Part shown: positions 29,022 through 38,774 of the stretch, in pieces | Position numbering within the stretch: position 1 is the first letter of the stretch | How the letters are laid out: each line of letters begins with the position of its first letter | Origin: Bacteroidota bacterium | GTDB lineage: Bacteria; Bacteroidota; Bacteroidia; AKYH767-A; 2013-40CM-41-45 | Assembly: GCA_026391975.1 (NCBI GenBank) | Contig: JAPLDB010000070.1 | Location: forward strand, 1 to 55,833 | Direction of reading: 5' to 3' | DNA: 55,833 nt | Notes under the pieces: generated by a model | What the model was told of the DNA's origin: nothing | The model's database searches: none | Seen by the model: only the letters and a program-made list of their open reading frames with translations | Made by a program: the position numbers and the translations under genes

Positions 29022-31096
29022 TGTTTCACAAATTTACTGCGGTAGGTTTTTCCGCTAGAAGTTATTTCGATGTAATATAATCCGGGAGAAAGAAGTCGGC
29101 AGTCAACGGTCAACTCCCGATAGCTATCAGGACGACTGTCAATGGCGAGAGAAATTTTTTCACCGAGTACATTGTAAATCGAAATCTCAATGGTCCGAAG
29201 GACTCCTTGCGGAGCTGTTCCACTTTTAACTTCTGACTTTTGAATTATGACTTTGTCACCTACCGGATTTGGGAAGACAGTCCACAGTCCACGGTCAACT
29301 GTCGACAGCACATCCGCTATAACATTGAACACCGCCGCTTCCACTTCACACCCATTCTCATCCGTTGCAACAACATTGTAATCTCCGCTGGATTGTGCTA
29401 CATAATAATAATCTGTTGCGCCGCTGATAATGTTCCCGTTGAAATACCATTGATATGAAGGTGCTCCCGCAAGTGCAAACAACGTATCTCCGCTTTGATT
29501 AATGCCCTGTGGTGCCGGGTATGGATACACATTTATATAATTCAGTAGTGTGAGTGTATCTGAGCCAAGTGAATTCGTTACAATCAATGTGACATCATAA
29601 CTACCCGGTAAATTATAGCAGATATTTTGTGGAGAGAAATCTGTGCTGACAGAAGTGCTTGACCCGGGAAAAAACCACAAATAGGAATTCGCGCCCGTTG
29701 AAAGATTAATAAAGTCAGTGCATGTGCCCGGACATACATGGTTTGGTGCGGTAAAAGCAGCAACCGGAATACTGCCACATGAAATTGTACAGGAGGAATC
29801 AGGAGTGAACACCCACATGTCACTATAAAATGCTGTGTTGCAATTCCACCCGCCATAGAGATAGAAACGGTCATCATCGCCCCACCATGCAAGCCCGCCA
29901 ATATGCGATGGAGGAAGGTTGCTTGCCGAAGAAACTCCGAGCGAACCGAAAGAACCATTCTGACTTGCAGTTGACGGCCCGGCAATCCATTTCCATTGAA
30001 GAACATCCGGATCGAAAACCCAGAGATCACTGAAAGGATTACTCGTTGATGATCGTCCGCCAAAGGTCCAGAACCTGCCGCAACGATCGGTGACTGAAGA
30101 ACGCTGTTCGGCACGGCTGCCGGGATTGGAAATGCTATCAGTGTTACAATATGAAATAAATACGCCGGGGTCTCCCATTGTTGAAGTTCCAGCCATCCAT
30201 GTCCATTCATTGTTGCCGATATTATACCTCCACATATCATTTAATATTCCTCCCTGCGATCCGGAACCAAGCCAAAAGAAACCATTGCTGTCTTTATATT
30301 TTGTGTATGTCCACCTCCCGCCCGGATCATTCAACGGACTACTTATTTCTTTGATTCCGTAGTTCGTCGCTGCATTTGTTAAATTAGATCCTTTCATCCA
30401 GGTCCACTCATTTGTGCTAATGTCGTATTTCATCAGGTCATTCAAAAATCCCGTCGTCCCGAAATCACCATAACCATCTCCGCCGAAAAGCCAAAGGTTA
30501 TTCAATGAATCTGTCCACTGGCTGGCAGATTCATACCGGGAGCCCGGAGTATTCGATGGGTCGGGAATGCCTTGTGTGCCGTGGGATCCAAAAGAATTCA
30601 CGGTGGTATCGCCTTTCATCCACGTCCATTCATTGGTTCCGATATCATATCTCCATAAATCATTTCGATAGGGAAGTCCACCAAAGAGCCATAGATTTCC
30701 TGTTGTATCAACCCACGTTCCTGCCCCGAAGTAGCGTTGTCCGGGGCTGTTGGCGGGATCAGAGACTCCCTGACTTCCGTAAACCGGATTCTGACCGGAT
30801 AGTCCTGAACCTTTCACCCATGTCCACTCAAGTGTTAACGGATTAAATTTCCAGAGGTCGTCATCAAAATTAGAATACCCTGAATACACCCAAAAATTTC
30901 CCTGCTTATCCTTCCACTCACATGCTTCATAAACTGCAGGTGGATGGTTGTTTACAGACGGCACACCCTGAATGCCATATATACCGCCAACATTTGGAAT
31001 ATTTGAACCGCTGATCCAGGTCCAAAGGCCGGCCTGAGAATATGCGTTCTGAAAATGAATGGCGATTACTAGCAGGCAAAATAATTTCTTTTTCAT
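29018..31096 (-). CDS. T9SS type-A cargo: Kelch/galactose-oxidase-like propeller, PKD/Ig stalk and sorting domain
   Basis: Repeated LWLFGG...DLWxY...EWTWxxG units; same stalk and sorting domain as its neighbours. Confidence 0.85.
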   Translation of the reverse strand: MKKKLFCLLVIAIHFQNAYSQAGLWTWISGSNIPNVGGIYGIQGVPSVNNHPPAVYEACEWKDKQGNFWVYSGYSNFDDDLWKFNPLTLEWTWVKGSGLSGQNPVYGSQGVSDPANSPGQRYFGAGTWVDTTGNLWLFGGLPYRNDLWRYDIGTNEWTWMKGDTTVNSFGSHGTQGIPDPSNTPGSRYESASQWTDSLNNLWLFGGDGYGDFGTTGFLNDLMKYDISTNEWTWMKGSNLTNAATNYGIKEISSPLNDPGGRWTYTKYKDSNGFFWLGSGSQGGILNDMWRYNIGNNEWTWMAGTSTMGDPGVFISYCNTDSISNPGSRAEQRSSVTDRCGRFWTFGGRSSTSNPFSDLWVFDPDVLQWKWIAGPSTASQNGSFGSLGVSSASNLPPSHIGGLAWWGDDDRFYLYGGWNCNTAFYSDMWVFTPDSSCTISCGSIPVAAFTAPNHVCPGTCTDFINLSTGANSYLWFFPGSSTSVSTDFSPQNICYNLPGSYDVTLIVTNSLGSDTLTLLNYINVYPYPAPQGINQSGDTLFALAGAPSYQWYFNGNIISGATDYYYVAQSSGDYNVVATDENGCEVEAAVFNVIADVLSTVDRGLWTVFPNPVGDKVIIQKSEVKSGTAPQGVLRTIEISIYNVLGEKISLAIDSRPDSYRELTVDCRLLSPGLYYIEITSSGKTYRSKFVKQ

Positions 31097-33148
31097 TGCT
31101 TCACAAATTTGCTGCGGAATGTTTTTGATCCGTCTGTTATTTCGATGTAATATATTCCAGGAAAAAGAGTTCGGCAGTCAACGGTCAATTCCCGATAGCT
31201 ATCGGGACGACTGTCAACAGCGAGAGAAATTTTTTCACCGAGTACATTGTAAATCGAAATCTCTGTGGCTGTTCTTTTGAATTGTGACTTTCTCTTCAAC
31301 CGGATTCGGGAATATCAATATCTCCTGATCCTCAATTGCGTTCACCAATGCCACAACATTAAAAACCGCTGCTTCAACCTCACACCCATTCGCATCTGTT
31401 GCAACCACATTATAATCTCCGCTTGCCTGTGCAACATAAAAATAATCTGTTGCACCGTTGATGCTATTGCCGTTGAAATACCATTGATAAGATGCCGAAC
31501 CAGCGACTGCAAAAAGGGTGTCGCCACTTTGGGTGATGGATTGCGGAGGAGGATAAGTATAAACGGTGATGTAATTGGTGAGTAATAAAGTATCGCTGCC
31601 GTTGGCGTTGGAGGCGATGAGTTGGACATCGTAGCTGCCGGGAGCGGCATAGCAGATATTTGTTGGATTTATTGCTGTGCTTGTATCGGGAATAGCACCC
31701 TGGAATGACCATTGATATGTGCCGGCATTTGTTGAAATATTTAGAAAGTTTGTACAAGTACCCGGGCATAGATAACGCGCGGCAATGAAGTTGGCGTTGA
31801 ATGTACTGTCACAATATTTTGTGATCCAATAGTCATTTAAACCCTGTGGCGATTGTGTCTTGTCTCCTGCCGATAATGCATCAGAGCGGTTTCCAATAAT
31901 AAAGCATCCGTCAGCCGATTGAACGGCAAATGTATTTTCATCGTGACTCAGGGTATGAAGCGTTTTGTCCCATTGTTGTATTCCCAAAGAATCGGTTTTG
32001 ATCACCCAGGTTTGTTCAATTGAAAGATTGTTTTCTGTTTTGTCGCCTCCAATATTTGAATATGATGTTCCTGAAAACAGAAACCCGCCATCGGTCGTTT
32101 TGAAAACATTGCCGAACTCATCTTCTGTTCCTGTTCCTACAGCAACTTTTTCCCAGAGTTTGTTGCCCTGAAAATCCATTTTAATAATCCAATAGTCGCC
32201 TCCTCCCCAGCAAGGCTGGGCCTTATTTCCGCTGATTACTGATGATGATACTCCTGCGATTACAAAACCGTTGTCGTTTGTCTGCACCAGTGAATAGGCC
32301 AGGTCAGGAAAGTCGCCTCCGAAATCCAGGTCCCATTGCTTGTTGCCTGTTGCATCAAGCTTCACAATCCAATAGTCATAAAAACCCCAGGCTGGTTGGG
32401 TTTTATTTCCACCAACGGGAGAGTCGGAAGAGCCTGCCAGTATGTATCCGCCATCAGAGGTTTGTTTCAGGTCCTGAAGTTGGTCTGTCGCCAGTCCTCC
32501 AAAATCTTTGTCCCATTGCTTATTCCCCAATGAATCAATTTTGACCACCCAGTAATCAGGTGTAACCCATCCCGGATCCCAGTTGTCTTCCGTTTTATCT
32601 CCGCTGATTCCTGAAGTTGAATAACCGCCAAGGATATAACCACCATCCGATGTTTGGGCAATAGAAGTCATCAATTCATCAGCGAGTCCTCCAAAGCTTT
32701 TTTCCCACTGGATGGTTCCAAAGAAATCGAGTTTCAGAATCCAGTAATCGTAACCACCCCAGGTGTCTTGAGTTTTATTTCCACTGATGCCAGAAGAAGA
32801 GTATCCACCAATGATGTATCCCCCGTCCGGAGTTTGTTGCAGGCATGTAAGGACTTCATCATCGATTCCGCCAAAGTCTCTGTCCCATTGTTTGATGCCG
32901 AGTGAATCCAGTTTCACAATCCAGTAATCCACATCATTCAATCCCCATGTACCTTGTGTTTTATCTCCGCTGTTTTGGGACCGCGAATAACCACCGAGCA
33001 CACAACCTCCATCGCTGCTTGGTGCAATGCAAGTAAGATAATCATAATTGGCGCCGCCATACCTGTAATCCCACATCTTCACCAACGGATTCTGCCCTAT
33101 CGAAAAAAGCGAACAGAAAATAAAAAGTATGGGGAGCAAATGTTTCAT
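31093..33148 (-). pseudogene. T9SS type-A cargo: beta-propeller (DYWIVKLD repeats) and PKD/Ig stalk, with the sorting domain frameshifted near 31275
   Basis: ORF 33148-31235 leaves homology after KVTIQK. The rest of the domain (TATEISIYNV...FRSKFVKQ*) is in another frame ending at 31093, with an ATGA overlap to the next gene. Confidence 0.8.
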
Positions 33149-33155
33149 GGCACAC

Positions 33156-33163
33156 CAAAGTTA
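33156..33163 (-). promoter_or_regulatory. Bacteroidota -7 box for the T9SS trio
   Basis: TAACTTTG, 7 nt before the ATG; TTTG lies 18 nt further upstream. Confidence 0.6.
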
Positions 33164-33252
33164 GAAAAGTATTTGTCCCGGCAAATGATGATTGTGGCCA
33201 AAGTGGCTTGGTGGGTTGTGAAGGGAAGCCAAAGGCTTCAGTACTATCTTGG

Positions 33253-33290
33253 GGAGATTGCTTCGTCCGCTGCGCTTCCTCGCAATGACT
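33253..33290. repeat. REP-like element GAGATTGCTTCG...CTCGCAATGAC
   Basis: Imperfect palindrome of a type commonly seen as a dispersed repeat; single copy in this window. Confidence 0.5.
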
Positions 33291-33311
33291 ACTTTTTTCG
33301 GGGAGATTGCA

Positions 33312-33705
33312 AATAAAAACAGCAACCATTTCCTGCTGCCCCCGCTCACCCCTGCCCTAAAGGGAGACCCACGCACAAATTCCGTTTAGATTAACCGCTA
33401 AGAAACTTCTGAATAAAAAAAGAGCAACCATTTCGGGCTGCTCTATTCGTATTTTCGTATGTATCTATTCGTTCCCGATAGCTATCGGGATCGGTGAGGT
33501 CAACCTTACCTAACTCTAAAGGGAGACCTGCGCACAAATTCCATTTCGTTATTCTGCGAAGAAACTTCTGAAAACAAAATGAGCAACCATTTCGGACTGT
33601 CTCCGCTCACCCCTGCCCTAAAGGGAGACCCACGCACAAATTCCGTTTAGATTAACCGCTAAGAAACTTCTGAATAAAAAAAGAGCATCCATTTCCGGCT
33701 GCTCT
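33312..33705. repeat. Tandem amplification of the tsf terminator region
   Basis: 33342-33426 is identical to 33603-33687 (85 bp), with a diverged unit near 33516-33602 and four AGCAWCCATTTC hairpin copies in total. Confidence 0.9.
33676..33704 (-). terminator. Intrinsic terminator of the rplM-rpsI-rpsB-tsf operon
   Basis: Minus strand GAGCAGCCGGAAATGGATGCTC-T7, about 50 nt after the tsf stop. Confidence 0.75.
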
Positions 33706-33754
33706 TATTCGTTATTCGCAAATTCGAACGTTTCGTTATTCGTACAAGGGAAGA

Positions 33755-34591
33755 TTATCCCAGTTTTACTCTTTTGAAGCTAACGATCTTCAAACCTTTA
33801 TCGATACTCTCAAGATACTGACGCACCGTTAACTTCTCGTCCTTGATGTAAACCTGGTTCAATAAAGTATATTCATTGTAGAACTTGTTGAGTTTGCCCA
33901 AAGCAATTTTCTCAATCATGTTCTCCGGCTTGCCTTCCTGGCGCGCCTGGTCTTTTCCGATCTCGATTTCACGCTCGATCATTTTTGCATCCACATCGTC
34001 CTTGTCGATTGCAACAGGAGCCATGGCTGCGATCTGCATCGCTACATTTCTTCCGGCTTCGTCAATGCCTGCAGGATTCATGTTGAAAGCAACAACTGCT
34101 GTAAGCTTGTTTCCGGGGTGATTGTAAACGATTACTTTTTCTGAAGTGAGGTTCTGGTAATCCACAACATCAATTTTCTCTCCGATCTTTCCCATCTGGT
34201 CGAGCAATGTCTGCTCAACTGTAATGGTTCCGAGATTCAATTTTTTCAGGTCTTCGATTGAAGCAGGATTGCTTGCCATGGCAAGATCCAGAATCGATTC
34301 TCCATATTTTACGAAGTCAGCATTGTTGGCAACGAAGTCTGTTTCGCAACATACGCTTACTGCAACAGCACGTTTTCCGTCAGCAGTTGTTTTACCGAAT
34401 ACGTATCCTTCTTTCGCTTCCCTGTCCTGGCGGTTCGCAGCGATCTTCTGTCCTTTTTTGCGGAGGATGTCGATTGCAGCTTCAAAGTCGCCATTGGCTT
34501 CCATGAGGGCTTTCTTGCAATCCATCATTCCTGAACCTGTTTGCTGACGCAGTTTGTTAACGTCACTTGCACTTATTGTCATTGTAGTCAT
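33755..34591 (-). CDS. tsf: Elongation factor Ts
   Basis: LRQQTGSGMMDCKKAL and CETDFVA motifs. Confidence 0.98.
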   Translation of the reverse strand: MTTMTISASDVNKLRQQTGSGMMDCKKALMEANGDFEAAIDILRKKGQKIAANRQDREAKEGYVFGKTTADGKRAVAVSVCCETDFVANNADFVKYGESILDLAMASNPASIEDLKKLNLGTITVEQTLLDQMGKIGEKIDVVDYQNLTSEKVIVYNHPGNKLTAVVAFNMNPAGIDEAGRNVAMQIAAMAPVAIDKDDVDAKMIEREIEIGKDQARQEGKPENMIEKIALGKLNKFYNEYTLLNQVYIKDEKLTVRQYLESIDKGLKIVSFKRVKLG

Positions 34592-34762
34592 TGAATTATT
34601 TTGAATTAATTTGGCATCCCGGATTCGTCTTGAGTTTTGGAATTGAATAATTTCGAAAAAAGAATATCGAAATTCGAAAGAATACCTAATCTTGAAAATT
34701 AAATATTTTGAATTGAAGTTTTTTTCGAATTTCGGGATTAATAATTCGAAATTCTCTTCAAT

Positions 34763-35623
34763 TTATTCCGTTACTTTCTTCTTGCGTGGGCGTTTGCCTG
34801 CAGCAGTGGCGGCAATGGTTTCAGGGGCAATGCCTGTTACAGCAGCTACCTCTTCGTCATCTGCTGCGATCTCTTTTGGCTTGGCTTCAACCATTACTTC
34901 TTCTTCTGAAGCTTTGGCTTCTGCATCCTTGTCCATCTTGCGTTCGCCCAAACCTTCTTCGATCGCGGCAACCATTACGTCAACGATAATTCCAATGCTC
35001 TTGGTTGCATCGTCATTTGCAGGAATTGCAAAATCTACCTGTGTAGGATCTGTATTGGTATCAGTGATAGCGAATGTAGGTATGTTCAGCTTTTGTGCTT
35101 CAGCAACTGCAATGTGCTCCTTCATGATATCCACGATGAAGATCGCAGCCGGAAGACGGGTAAGGTCAGTGATGCTTCCAAGGAAGTGTTCCATCTTGGC
35201 TTTCTGACGTGTGATCTGCAAACGCTCTTTCTTGGAGATGTTCTCAAATGTTCCGTCTGTAGCCATCTTATCGAAACCTGTCATTTTCTTTACTGACTTG
35301 CGCACAGTAGCGAAGTTGGTAAGCATTCCGCCCGGCCATCTTTCAGTGATGTAAGGCATTCCTACTTTCTTGGCAGCGTTGGAAACGATTTCCTTTGCTT
35401 GCTTCTTCGTAGCTACAAAAAGAATTTTGCGTCCCGATTTTGCAATCTGTTTCAATCCTGCAGCAGCTTCATCAAGCTTCACCACAGTTTTATTGAGGTC
35501 AATGATGTGGATACCGCGGCTTTCCATGAAAATATAAGGAGCCATTTTCGGATTCCATTTGCTCTTCAGGTGACCGAAGTGCGCGCCTGCTTCGAGAAGC
35601 TGATCGTAAGATACTCTTGACAT
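34763..35623 (-). CDS. rpsB: 30S ribosomal protein S2
   Basis: LLEAGAHFGH, RWPGGMLTN and IPANDDA motifs. Confidence 0.98.
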   Translation of the reverse strand: MSRVSYDQLLEAGAHFGHLKSKWNPKMAPYIFMESRGIHIIDLNKTVVKLDEAAAGLKQIAKSGRKILFVATKKQAKEIVSNAAKKVGMPYITERWPGGMLTNFATVRKSVKKMTGFDKMATDGTFENISKKERLQITRQKAKMEHFLGSITDLTRLPAAIFIVDIMKEHIAVAEAQKLNIPTFAITDTNTDPTQVDFAIPANDDATKSIGIIVDVMVAAIEEGLGERKMDKDAEAKASEEEVMVEAKPKEIAADDEEVAAVTGIAPETIAATAAGKRPRKKKVTE

Positions 35624-35625
35624 AT

Positions 35626-35735
35626 GTTACTAATTACTAATTTTTACTAATTTACTAAATACTAATTTGGACGTGGTACTTAAATCGAATGTCATACGTA
35701 CCATTTGTATATTCGTATGCATTCGTATTTGGTAC
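35626..35735. repeat. TACTAAT / ATTYGTA inverted heptamer cluster filling the rpsI-rpsB gap
   Basis: Read directly from the sequence. Confidence 0.7.
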
Positions 35736-36115
35736 TATCGTTTAGAGAACTGGAAGCGTTTCCGTGCCTTCTTTTGTCCCGGTTTTTTACGCTCCACCAT
35801 GCGGGGATCGCGGGTCATCAGGCCTTTTGCTCTCAAAGGCGGTTTGTTATTTTCATCCACCTTCACCAGTGCACGTGCAATGGCAAGACGAATGGCTTCT
35901 GCCTGTCCTGTGTAACCGCCACCTTCAACATTTACATTGATATCGTAAATGTCTTTCTGGTTAATGGTTTCCTGAGCCTGATTAATAATGTATTGAAGGG
36001 GACCAGTTGTGAAATAGTCTTTGTAATCCTTCTTATTAATAGTGATGGTGCCTTTACCCGGCTCCATGTAAATGCGGGCAATGCTTGTTTTTCTTCTGCC
36101 GATAGCGTGAATCAT
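35735..36115 (-). CDS. rpsI: 30S ribosomal protein S9
   Basis: GRRKTS, GGGYTGQA and ERKKPG..KARKRFQFSKR motifs. Confidence 0.98.
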   Translation of the reverse strand: MIHAIGRRKTSIARIYMEPGKGTITINKKDYKDYFTTGPLQYIINQAQETINQKDIYDINVNVEGGGYTGQAEAIRLAIARALVKVDENNKPPLRAKGLMTRDPRMVERKKPGQKKARKRFQFSKR

Positions 36116-36130
36116 TCGGATATCTGTTGA

Positions 36131-36577
36131 TTAAGAGAATTTAACTTCTTTTGGTTTCTGTGCTGCATGTGGATGCTCAGTTCCTGCATATACATGAAGG
36201 TTGCGGAAAATTTCTGCGCCAAGCTTGGTTTTTGGCAACATCATCCTCACAGCATGTTCGATCATGAATTCAGGTTTTTTCTTCATCATAAGCGTAGGAG
36301 TAGAAAAACGCTGTCCGCCCGGATAACCTGTGTAGCGTACATATTCTTTCATGTTCCATTTCTTTCCTGTGAGCTTAACTTTCTCGCAGTTGATGATGAT
36401 CACATTGTCACCACAGTCAACGTGCGGTGTGTAGTTCGTTTTGTTTTTTCCACGTAACATGACAGCGACATTTGAAGACAAACGACCCAGAATCTGGTCT
36501 TTGGCATCAATGATCACCCAGTTTTTGGTCACCGTTTTTACATTTGCATGCACGGTTTTGTAACTATTCAGTTCCAC
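36131..36577 (-). CDS. rplM: 50S ribosomal protein L13
   Basis: ILGRL, YTPHVDCGD and YTGYPGG motifs. Confidence 0.98.
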   Translation of the reverse strand: MELNSYKTVHANVKTVTKNWVIIDAKDQILGRLSSNVAVMLRGKNKTNYTPHVDCGDNVIIINCEKVKLTGKKWNMKEYVRYTGYPGGQRFSTPTLMMKKKPEFMIEHAVRMMLPKTKLGAEIFRNLHVYAGTEHPHAAQKPKEVKFS

Positions 36578-36612
36578 TTCTTTACTGATTTAAAGGGTTT
36601 TACAATTAAAAT

Positions 36613-36663
36613 CCCCCATATTTTGGGGGACGCAAAAGTATAAATCTTTTCTTATTGAGCAAA
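36613..36663 (-). promoter_or_regulatory. rplM operon promoter and leader hairpin
   Basis: TTTG-N19-TACTTTTG consensus followed by CCCCCA-AAATA-TGGGGG. Confidence 0.75.
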
Positions 36664-36780
36664 CATTGCTTTAAATATTATTAAAGAGGGGGTTGTGGAG
36701 GAAGAAAGCTGACAATGGAACGCTTATTTGTTATGATTATGATGATAAAAATGATCTAAAATCTTATAAAATCATAACCA

Positions 36781-38589
36781 TCATAATGGATCAGCATTCG
36801 TTTTTTGCGTAAAATGAGCGATTACAAGCTCGCTTTTTGATTTGCCAATGATTTCCGCCAATTCCTCCTGACCGGCTTCTTTAATCCTTTTCACCGATTT
36901 GAAGTGCCGCAGGAGCTCATCGGCTGTCTTTTCTCCAATGCCTTTTATTTCATGTAACTCCGTCTTTACGAACGCTTTACTTCTCTTATTTCGGTGGTGT
37001 GTGATGCCAAAGCGGTGGGCTTCATCTCTGATATTCTGGATTACCCGAAGCGTTTCGGATTTTTTGTCCAGATAAAGCGGAGCAGAATCTCCAGGATAAT
37101 ATATCTCTTCCAGTTTTTTGGCGATTCCAATTACAGCAATTTTTCCCCTGAGATCTAATTTTTCCAGACTGCTCAATGCTGCGCTAAGTTGTCCCTTGCC
37201 TCCATCAATAACGATAAGCTGCGGAAGTTCCTGCGCTTCTTCTGTCATTCGCTTGTATCTCCTGAAAACAATTTCTTCCATTGAAGCAAAATCATCAGGT
37301 CCTTCAACCGTCTTTATATTAAAGTGCCTGTATTCTTTTTTTGATGGCTTGGCATTTCTGAAAACTGTTAACGCAGCAACAGCAAAGTCGCCCTGGAAAT
37401 TAGAGTTATCGAAACACTCAATATGACGCGGAAGGTCTTTCAGTCGCAAATCTTTTTTCATGACTTCCAGTAAACGCAGCACTTTGTTCTCCGGATTCGT
37501 TTTTTCAAACTGAAGTTGTTTCTCCTGAATATAATAATGAACATTTTTTTCAGAGAGCAACAGCAAATGTTTTTTGTCTCCGATCTTCGGAACCGTGATC
37601 TCAACATCTTTTATTTCAAGGTCAAGATGAAAAGGCAAAATAAGTTCCGTGGAATCACTGCTGAAACGTTCGCGCAATTCGGCAATGGCCAATTCAAGTA
37701 ATTCTTCTTTCGTTTCGTCCAGCTTTTTTTTCAATTCAACTGTGTGTGCCTGGATAATGGATCCATTCATCACCTTCAAAAAATTCACCACGGCAAAGTC
37801 TTCTTCAACTTTAATAGAGAACACGTCTACATTATGTATGGCAGGATTAACGATCACACTCTTCTTATGGAACTTGTCCAGCCTGTCCAGTTTTTCTTTG
37901 ATCTGCTGCGCCTCTTCATACTCAAATTTTTCAGCATGCTGCTGCATCTGATCATTCAGGTGTCCGATCACTGAGTTGATATTCCCTTTTAATATCAGTC
38001 TGATGTGCTGAATATTTGCATTGTACTCTTCTTCTTTTTGCAAGCCCTCGCAGGGTCCTTTGCAATTGCCAATGTGAAATTCCAGGCAGACTTTGAATTT
38101 CTTCTTCGCTATATTTTCAGGAGAGAGATTGTAGCTGCAGGTTCGTAATTTATAAAGCTGTGAAAAGAGATCAAGCAGGGTTTCTATCATCCGCACAGAA
38201 GTATATGGACCGAAATATTCCGATCCGTCCCTGATCAGCGTCCGCGTATAAAACACCCGCGGGAAATTTTCTTTTTTAATGCAGATCCAGGGATAAGTTT
38301 TATCGTCTCTTAGATTCACATTGTATTTCGGCTGGTGCTTTTTGATGAGGTTGTTCTCCAGCAGCAAAGCATCCATTTCTGTTTCTACCACAATTGTCTT
38401 GATGTCAGATATCTGCCGCACCATCACCTGCGTCTTCCCTGAATCATGTTCCTTGTGAAAATAACTGCTCACCCTTTTCTTCAGCGACTTGGCCTTGCCT
38501 ACATAGATAAGCCGCCCGTCCTTGTCATAGAACTGGTACACACCCGGACTTTCGGGGAGAACGGACAAATGATGCTGATAATCAAACAT
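36781..38589 (-). CDS. uvrC: Excinuclease ABC subunit C
   Basis: GIY-YIG (PGVY..IYVGKAK), IECFDNS, IDGGKGQL and RDEAHRF motifs, plus a C-terminal HhH. Confidence 0.97.
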   Translation of the reverse strand: MFDYQHHLSVLPESPGVYQFYDKDGRLIYVGKAKSLKKRVSSYFHKEHDSGKTQVMVRQISDIKTIVVETEMDALLLENNLIKKHQPKYNVNLRDDKTYPWICIKKENFPRVFYTRTLIRDGSEYFGPYTSVRMIETLLDLFSQLYKLRTCSYNLSPENIAKKKFKVCLEFHIGNCKGPCEGLQKEEEYNANIQHIRLILKGNINSVIGHLNDQMQQHAEKFEYEEAQQIKEKLDRLDKFHKKSVIVNPAIHNVDVFSIKVEEDFAVVNFLKVMNGSIIQAHTVELKKKLDETKEELLELAIAELRERFSSDSTELILPFHLDLEIKDVEITVPKIGDKKHLLLLSEKNVHYYIQEKQLQFEKTNPENKVLRLLEVMKKDLRLKDLPRHIECFDNSNFQGDFAVAALTVFRNAKPSKKEYRHFNIKTVEGPDDFASMEEIVFRRYKRMTEEAQELPQLIVIDGGKGQLSAALSSLEKLDLRGKIAVIGIAKKLEEIYYPGDSAPLYLDKKSETLRVIQNIRDEAHRFGITHHRNKRSKAFVKTELHEIKGIGEKTADELLRHFKSVKRIKEAGQEELAEIIGKSKSELVIAHFTQKTNADPL

Positions 38590-38636
38590 TGAAATTTTTC
38601 AGAGGTGACGAAATTAGTTCAAAATCTATTACCACA

Positions 38637-38729
38637 TCGAATAGCGAATCTCCTCCGAATATACGAATTGCGAATACCATGTGTCGAATTCGTATTTCGC
38701 ATATTCGATTGATTTTATTCGCTATTCGA
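38637..38729. repeat. CGAAT-unit inverted-repeat element
   Basis: Perfect 13-bp ends TCGAATAGCGAAT / ATTCGCTATTCGA. Confidence 0.8.
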
Positions 38730-38774
38730 CGGGATAATCGGAATTTAAATATCTTTGAAACTTAATCATCAACA

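Noticed and set aside
27132-33148. Diversity-generating retroelement (similar 3' ends as template and variable repeats)
   Set aside because: No reverse transcriptase is present, and the differences are not confined to adenines.
33312-33705. CRISPR-like repeat-spacer array
   Set aside because: The intervening sequences are themselves repeated, and the repeat is the tsf terminator.
34763-34950. Acidic/Ala-rich S2 tail as a novelty
   Set aside because: Such extensions are common in Bacteroidota RpsB.
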